From: Bacteroidetes bacterium UBA7662
GTDB taxonomy: Bacteria; Bacteroidota; Bacteroidia; UBA7662
Reading direction: 5' to 3'
NCBI GenBank assembly: GCA_002483345.1
Contig: DLHS01000003.1
Location: forward strand, 8,959 to 72,958
DNA length: 64,000 nucleotides
A program made the position numbers and the translations under genes. The notes under the pieces were generated by a model. That model searched no databases. It saw nothing but the letters and a program-made list of their open reading frames with translations, and had not been told where the DNA came from. Below, piece after piece: positions 58,637 through 64,000 of the stretch (position 1 is the stretch's first letter; each line of letters opens with the position of its first letter).

Positions 58637-58665
58637 AAAGCCCCGGAATTCCGGGGCTTTTCTTT
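58637..58665. terminator. Bidirectional rho-independent terminator (AAAAGCCCCGG-AATT-CCGGGGCTTTTCTTTT)
   Basis: Perfect 7-bp GC stem flanked by an A-run and a T-run. Sits between dapA (+) and the H1-like gene (-). Confidence 0.8.
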
Positions 58666-58683
58666 TGAGTATCGATCGGTGAA

Positions 58684-58860
58684 TTAACCGGCGTTTTTGC
58701 GGTTTTGAACATCCAAACGGATTTCCTGACACTTGTTCTTCAGATCCTGAAGGCCTTTACGAACACGGGTTCCAGCTGCGCTGTTTTCTTTGTCGTAGAA
58801 TTTTTCGAAATCTTTTTCCATCGACATGAGGAGGTTTTTCAGTGTTTCAAATTGATTCAT
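58684..58860 (-). CDS. Histone H1-like small basic DNA-binding protein
   Basis: 58-aa Lys/Arg-rich protein MNQFETLKNLLMSMEKDFEKFYDKENSAAGTRVRKGLQDLKNKCQEIRLDVQNRKNAG typical of Bacteroidetes 'histone H1' annotations. ATG at 58860. Confidence 0.6.
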   Translation of the reverse strand: MNQFETLKNLLMSMEKDFEKFYDKENSAAGTRVRKGLQDLKNKCQEIRLDVQNRKNAG

Positions 58861-58939
58861 ATAGTAGCGTTTTAAGGTTAGACTTTCCAAAAATATGCTT
58901 TTCCGCCAAAAGGCAAATAAAACAACGATTTTTTTATTC

Positions 58940-60190
58940 TCAACTCATCGAAACAACTTCATCGCCGGCATACTCACCAGCCTTCAGTTTGTCCGAAACT
59001 TCCGAGAATGCTTTCAGCGTTTCTGCCACATCCTCAAGGGTATGCGCTGCTGTAGGGATTAATCTGAGCAGGATAACATCCTTGGGAACAACCGGATAAA
59101 CAACCACGGAGCAGAAGATATTATAATTTTCACGGAGATCAACTACCAGGGCGGTTGCCTCTCCTAAACTGCCTTTCATCATCACCGGTGTGACAGGAGA
59201 GCTTGTTTTGCCAAGGTCAAAGCCTCTTTCTTTCAGTCCTTGCTGCAGGGCATTCACAATGGTCCATAGCTGTGCTTTCAGTTCAGGGCGGTCACGAAGG
59301 AGTTCGAGGCGCTTGATAGCACCCAGCACAATCGGCATAGGCAAACTTTTAGCAAAAATCTGCGAACGCATATTGTAACGGAGATAATCTGCCATTTCGG
59401 TCGTGGTGGCAAAAAATGCGCCTATACTGGCCATTGATTTGGCGAAGGTGGAGAAATAAATATCGATTTCATCCATAATGCCCTGCTCCTCCCCGGTGCC
59501 TGCGCCCTTGGTCCCCATAGCACCAAAACCGTGAGCATCGTCGACCAGCATACGGAATTTGTATTTGCTTTTGAGGGCAGCAATTTCTTTGAGTTTACCC
59601 TGTGCGCCTGTCATACCGAAAACACCTTCGGTAATCAACAAAACAGAACCTTTGTTACCCCCTTCTTCAATGAGGCGTGTGGCACGCTGCAATTGTTTCT
59701 CACAGCTTTCCAGGTTGTTGTGGAGAAACATGAATCGTTTACCGGCATGCAGACGCACTCCGTCTACAATACAGGCATGTGATTCTGCATCATATACGAT
59801 AACATCGTGGCGATCCACCAGCGCGTCAATGGCCGATACAATCCCCTGATAACCGTAGTTGACGAGCAGCACCTTGGGTTTACCCACAAAAGCTGCCAGC
59901 TCCTGTTCTAATTGTTCATGGTAGTTGGAGTTACCCGACATCATACGGGCCCCCATCGGATAAGCCATGCCAAAGGTGGCAGTGGCCTCCGTATCCGCCT
60001 GACGTACTTCAGGATGATTGGCCAGTCCCAGGTAGTTGTTAAGACTCCAAACAAGGCGCTCTTTACCGCGGAAAATCATGCGGCTGGCGATTTCACCTTC
60101 AAGTTTAGGAAACATATAGTAGCCTTCAGCGGCTTTGGCATGCTGCCCGAGCGGACCCATGCGGGTTGATAGCTTTTCAAATAAATCCAC
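58940..60190 (-). CDS. PLP-dependent alpha-oxoamine synthase family protein (BioF/Kbl/serine-palmitoyltransferase-like)
   Basis: Class-II aminotransferase fold with PLP lysine region (SFGKTSSPVTPVMM...). Length 416 aa as in SPT/KBL. Confidence 0.8.
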   Translation of the reverse strand: MDLFEKLSTRMGPLGQHAKAAEGYYMFPKLEGEIASRMIFRGKERLVWSLNNYLGLANHPEVRQADTEATATFGMAYPMGARMMSGNSNYHEQLEQELAAFVGKPKVLLVNYGYQGIVSAIDALVDRHDVIVYDAESHACIVDGVRLHAGKRFMFLHNNLESCEKQLQRATRLIEEGGNKGSVLLITEGVFGMTGAQGKLKEIAALKSKYKFRMLVDDAHGFGAMGTKGAGTGEEQGIMDEIDIYFSTFAKSMASIGAFFATTTEMADYLRYNMRSQIFAKSLPMPIVLGAIKRLELLRDRPELKAQLWTIVNALQQGLKERGFDLGKTSSPVTPVMMKGSLGEATALVVDLRENYNIFCSVVVYPVVPKDVILLRLIPTAAHTLEDVAETLKAFSEVSDKLKAGEYAGDEVVSMS

Positions 60191-60349
60191 GAAAAGTTTG
60201 TTTTAGCTGATTACGAGGTCAAATTTAATCTTTATGTGCCATATGCTGCCGGCTAATTGAAAAAATAGAAATAAATAATTACCCACTGATACGCAGCAAT
60301 CGAAAAACTTGTTTGATTGAGTGGAGCATTAATGTTAATTTTGCAGGCT

Positions 60350-61204
60350 ATGACAAAAATGCGGCTGAACCGCTCGTTTACTTTCATCGTTTTGTTGTTC
60401 ACCGCCTGGGTGTTTACAGCTTGTGACCCCTACAACAAGGTTCTCAAAAGCACCGATTTGAATTTCAAATACGAAATGGCGCAGAAATACTACTATCAGG
60501 GTGCTTATTACAAAGCCCAACCCCTGCTGGAAGAGTTATTGACTGCCTACCGGGGTTCGGAAAAGGCCGAGGACATTTATTACTATTATGCCTGGTGTGA
60601 CTATCACCTGCAGCAATTCACCCTTGCCAGTTTTCACTTCAAAAATTTCTCTACCAGTTTCCCTACCAGTAAACGTGTAGAAGATGTTGATTTTATGTAT
60701 GCTTACTGCCTGTATCTCGAATCACCGAACTATTCATTAGACCAGGTAAGTACCCGCAAGGCACTCGAGGCATTCCAGTTGTATGTAAACAAACATCCGC
60801 ATAGCAAACGCATAGGAGAATGCAACCGGATGATGGACATACTCCGCAGCAAGCTTGAAAAGAAGTCGATTGAAAGCGCCATGTTGTTTTACCGCATGGA
60901 AGACTACCGGGCAGCGGCCATCATGCTTCGCAATACCCTGAGTGATTATCCGGATGTAAGCGAACGCGAATACCTCTCCTACCTGGTGGTTAAGTCCTAC
61001 TATAACCTCTCGATGAACAGCATCGATTCCAAGAAAGAAGAACGCTTTAACGAAACCCTGCGTTATTATCAGGAGTTAAAAGAAGAGTTCCCGAACAGTA
61101 CCTATCTGAAAGAAGCCGGTAATTATGCTGCCAAAGCCCGTCAGGAGCTTAAAAAACTGGCAGAAAAACCGGTTCCACCTGTCCAACCCAAAGTAATTAA
61201 CTAA
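60350..61204 (+). CDS. bamD: Outer-membrane protein assembly factor BamD
   Basis: Lipobox FTAC. TPR-rich body YEMAQKYYYQGAYYKAQPLLEEL. Conserved position upstream of rpoZ-coaBC. Confidence 0.8.
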   Translation: MTKMRLNRSFTFIVLLFTAWVFTACDPYNKVLKSTDLNFKYEMAQKYYYQGAYYKAQPLLEELLTAYRGSEKAEDIYYYYAWCDYHLQQFTLASFHFKNFSTSFPTSKRVEDVDFMYAYCLYLESPNYSLDQVSTRKALEAFQLYVNKHPHSKRIGECNRMMDILRSKLEKKSIESAMLFYRMEDYRAAAIMLRNTLSDYPDVSEREYLSYLVVKSYYNLSMNSIDSKKEERFNETLRYYQELKEEFPNSTYLKEAGNYAAKARQELKKLAEKPVPPVQPKVIN

Positions 61205-61212
61205 GCAATCAT

Positions 61213-61527
61213 ATGGCCGCTAACAGCACTGAGACACGCAACCTTCGTTCTATAGACGAAAAAACCGGCAATCTCTACGAGTCAATCGCCATCGTAGCGA
61301 AAAGAAGTAACCAGATCAGTATCAAAATCAAAGAAGAGCTGAACGCCAAGCTGGCCGAGTTTGCTTCTTCAAGCGATAACCTGGAGGAAGTTTTCGAGAA
61401 CCGGGAGCAAATCGAGATTTCCAAACACTATGAGCGCATGCCGAAACCGACATTGCTCGCAATCGAGGACTTTATGGAAGACAAGGTTTACTTCCGTAAC
61501 CCTGCCAAGGAAAAGAAAGACCGCTAA
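61213..61527 (+). CDS. rpoZ: DNA-directed RNA polymerase subunit omega-like protein
   Basis: ESIAIVAKRSNQISIKIKEEL helix typical of Bacteroidetes omega. Conserved bamD-rpoZ-coaBC synteny. Confidence 0.65.
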   Translation: MAANSTETRNLRSIDEKTGNLYESIAIVAKRSNQISIKIKEELNAKLAEFASSSDNLEEVFENREQIEISKHYERMPKPTLLAIEDFMEDKVYFRNPAKEKKDR

Positions 61528-61532
61528 GCCTT

Positions 61533-62735
61533 ATGCTCACCGGTAAGCGAATCTTATTGGGTATCACCGGGAGCATCGCCGCTTACAAAACGGCCTCGCT
61601 GGTGAGGCTATTCAAAAAAGCAGGTGCCGAAGTGCAGGTGGTTACCACCCCTTCGGCACGTGACTTTATTACCCCGCTTACGCTTTCTACGCTTTCTGAA
61701 CGTCCTGTTTACAGCGAATTTGTCAAAAACAAACAGGGAGAATGGGTAAATCACGTTGATTTAGCCCTTTGGGCAGACCTGCTGGTCATAGCCCCGGCTT
61801 CTGCCAATACGTTATCAAAAATGAGCAGCGGTGGCTGCGACAATCTGTTGCTGGCAGTTTATCTGTCAGCCAAATGCCCTGTCATGTTTGCCCCTGCCAT
61901 GGATCTCGACATGTACAAACACCCGTCTACCACAGAAAATATTCAGAAGCTTATCGGCTTTGGCCATGTCTTTATTTCTCCGGGCATCGGCCACCTGGCC
62001 AGCGGACTGGTCGGAGAAGGTCGTATGGCGGAACCTGAAGTGATACTGGAAGCGGTTACCCAATATTTTGAACGCCGCTCGCTGGCAGGCAGGCAGGTAT
62101 TGATTTCCGCAGGACCTACCTATGAGGCCATTGATCCGGTTCGTTTTATCGGCAACCGTTCATCCGGCAAGATGGGTTATGCCCTGGCGCGTCAGCTGGT
62201 GCTTGCGGGAGCCAGGGTGCATCTGGTAAGCGGCCCCAGTCATGAAAAAATACCGGATGGTCTGGCCGGATTTACGGCGGTGGAAAGTGCCGAGGAGATG
62301 TTTGAAGCTTGCAAAAGTTTATATGCCAACAGTTATCTGACCATCATGAGTGCTGCGGTAGCCGATTACAAACCTACCGTGATCTCCAGCCAAAAAATAA
62401 AAAAAGCCGATCAGGTACTTGAAATAAAGCTTGAACCAACCCCAGATATACTGTCGTGGATGGGTAAAAACAAAAAAACGGGACAACTGCTGGTGGGTTT
62501 CGCCCTCGAAACCAATGATGAAGAGGAGCATGCCCGGAAAAAACTGAAGACAAAAAATCTGGATCTTATTGTTTTGAACAGGCTGCGTGATGCAGGCGCC
62601 GGGTTCGGGCATGACACCAATCAGGTACAATTAATAAGTGCCGAAAAAAGTCATCTTTTAACTTTACGTTCCAAAGACGAGATCGCTTCCGAAATCGTTG
62701 TTTATATCGATGAGTTCTTTCACCATGAGGCGTAG
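61533..62735 (+). CDS. coaBC: Bifunctional phosphopantothenoylcysteine decarboxylase / phosphopantothenate--cysteine ligase
   Basis: N-terminal flavoprotein ILLGITGSIAAYK and PASANTLSKMSSGGCDNLL. C-terminal CoaB motifs ISAGPTYEAIDPVRFIGNRSSGKMG, AAVADYKP. Confidence 0.9.
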   Translation: MLTGKRILLGITGSIAAYKTASLVRLFKKAGAEVQVVTTPSARDFITPLTLSTLSERPVYSEFVKNKQGEWVNHVDLALWADLLVIAPASANTLSKMSSGGCDNLLLAVYLSAKCPVMFAPAMDLDMYKHPSTTENIQKLIGFGHVFISPGIGHLASGLVGEGRMAEPEVILEAVTQYFERRSLAGRQVLISAGPTYEAIDPVRFIGNRSSGKMGYALARQLVLAGARVHLVSGPSHEKIPDGLAGFTAVESAEEMFEACKSLYANSYLTIMSAAVADYKPTVISSQKIKKADQVLEIKLEPTPDILSWMGKNKKTGQLLVGFALETNDEEEHARKKLKTKNLDLIVLNRLRDAGAGFGHDTNQVQLISAEKSHLLTLRSKDEIASEIVVYIDEFFHHEA

Positions 62736-63627
62736 CATACTGCTGTTTTTTTTCTGTTTACTCTTTTTTTCCGGTACAGCCCAGGAATTAAACTGCCGTG
62801 TTACAGTTAATTACGCACAGATAGGCGGTACTGATCAGCAGTTTTTCACGAATATGGAAAACACCATCCGTGATTTTTTGAATACCCGCCGATGGACCAA
62901 CGACGTTTTTCTGGAACAGGAGCGCATCAGCTGTAATCTCACCATCATCATTGAACAACGCCCGAGTACAAATCAATTTGTAGCCAAGGCCCAGATACAG
63001 GCCGTACGGCCGGTTTACAATGCCTCCTACAGCAGTGTTTTGATTAACCATACAGACCCGGACTGGACTTTTGTTTTTTCCGAGTTTGAACCCCTGGAGT
63101 TTAACGAGACCACCCATTTGAACAATATCAGTTCTATGCTGGCTTATTACGCCTACATTATTCTGGGGCTTGATTACGACTCATTCTCACCACTGGGTGG
63201 CACTGAATATTTCCAGCGAGCGCAAGCTGTGCTTCAAAATGCCCAAAATGCCCCTGAGCCTGGTTGGAAGCAAGGTCAGAGCCTGAGAAACCGTTTTTGG
63301 CTGATCGATAATATGCTGAGCCCACAGTTCAAGTCATTTCGGGAAAGTATTTACAAGTATCACCGGGAGGGTCTTGATTGTATGAGTAAAATGGAGAAGG
63401 TTCCGGATTGCCGGAAAGAGATCACGGCTTCCATAACGCAGATGCATACTGTACACAAACAAAAGCCCGGGTCAATGGCACAGCAAATTTATCTGGCCGG
63501 TAAAATAACAGAGCTGCTTGGCATTTATTCCAAAGCTACCGCTGAGGAGAAGTCTTTGGTCTTAAATATGTTGTCGGATATTGATCCGTCGAACATACTT
63601 CAGTACCAAAAAATTACGCAACAGTAG
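62725..63627 (+). CDS. DUF4835-like secreted hypothetical protein
   Basis: Signal peptide MRRSILLFFFCLLFFSGTAQ. Conserved position between coaBC and recN in Bacteroidetes. Confidence 0.55.
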   Translation: MRRSILLFFFCLLFFSGTAQELNCRVTVNYAQIGGTDQQFFTNMENTIRDFLNTRRWTNDVFLEQERISCNLTIIIEQRPSTNQFVAKAQIQAVRPVYNASYSSVLINHTDPDWTFVFSEFEPLEFNETTHLNNISSMLAYYAYIILGLDYDSFSPLGGTEYFQRAQAVLQNAQNAPEPGWKQGQSLRNRFWLIDNMLSPQFKSFRESIYKYHREGLDCMSKMEKVPDCRKEITASITQMHTVHKQKPGSMAQQIYLAGKITELLGIYSKATAEEKSLVLNMLSDIDPSNILQYQKITQQ

Positions 63628-63666
63628 TTCCAACTTAGGCTGCTGGGGCTTTCCTTTGTAGTCAGC

Positions 63667-64000
63667 ATGATTACGCAACTCAGCATTCAGAATTTCGCGA
63701 TTATCCGGCAAAGTGATCTTCACTTTTCGCCGCATTTAACAGTCATTACCGGAGAAACCGGGGCTGGTAAGTCGATTTTGCTGGGGGCACTTCAGTTGCT
63801 GCTGGGCGCCCGTGCCGATGCGGGGCAGTTGTTTGACCCTACGCAGAAGTGTGTCATTGAAGGCCACTTTCAACTTTCAGAGCCAGCTGTTACCACCTTT
63901 CTGCTGGAAGAAGACTTTGACAATAGTCAGGATGACATTGTACTGCGGCGGGAGTTGCTTCCCAATGGCAAGTCCAGAGCATTCATCAACGACACCCCGG
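63667..64000 (+). CDS. recN: DNA repair protein RecN (3'-truncated by the window edge)
   Basis: MITQLSIQNFAIIRQSDLHFSPHLTVITGETGAGKSILLGALQLLLG, which is the SMC-type N-terminal Walker A. Confidence 0.9.
   Translation, partial: MITQLSIQNFAIIRQSDLHFSPHLTVITGETGAGKSILLGALQLLLGARADAGQLFDPTQKCVIEGHFQLSEPAVTTFLLEEDFDNSQDDIVLRRELLPNGKSRAFINDTP

Overview
This 64-kb window looks like a chromosomal, mostly housekeeping segment of a Bacteroidota genome. The lineage is an inference from gene content, since I cannot run a search. Supporting signs are T9SS C-terminal sorting domains on three secreted proteins, a Bacteroidetes-type SecG with a Q/A/P-rich tail, a histone-H1-like protein, lipoprotein-rich content, and two conserved blocks: bamD-rpoZ-coaBC-DUF4835-recN and miaB-MTase-sigma54 activator-lptE-hypothetical-secG. 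Other content: a fatty-acid beta-oxidation cluster (acyl-CoA ligase, MarR, fadB/J-like, thiolase, acyl-CoA dehydrogenase) interrupted by a 'four-helix-bundle' IVS-protein cassette; an alpha-glucan utilisation trio (GH13 lipoprotein, GH31, MFS sugar transporter); dnaA with an AT-rich candidate oriC upstream; hisS, hutH, lgt, cmk, typA, deaD, ligA, dapA, accA and one tRNA-Asp. I found no CRISPR array, prophage, integrase, restriction-modification system or recognisable defence island. The most unusual content is non-coding. (i) A 154-bp MITE-like element with 33-bp perfect terminal inverted repeats (38513-38666), with solo-end copies scattered through other intergenic regions. (ii) A 330-bp intergenic inverted/tandem repeat of GGTAAAACGGATTAAAC-type units (53480-53808). 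(iii) The IVS-like four-helix-bundle cassette embedded in an mRNA operon and flanked by inverted AGTAGTTAGTAT repeats plus three tandem 43-bp GNRA-hairpin units. (iv) Degenerate CTCTCG/TCTCGTA microsatellite-like tracts linked to the MITE ends. These are proposed as a previously uncharacterised family of intergenic repeat/mini-mobile elements. All functional calls are from motif-level reading of the translated ORFs.
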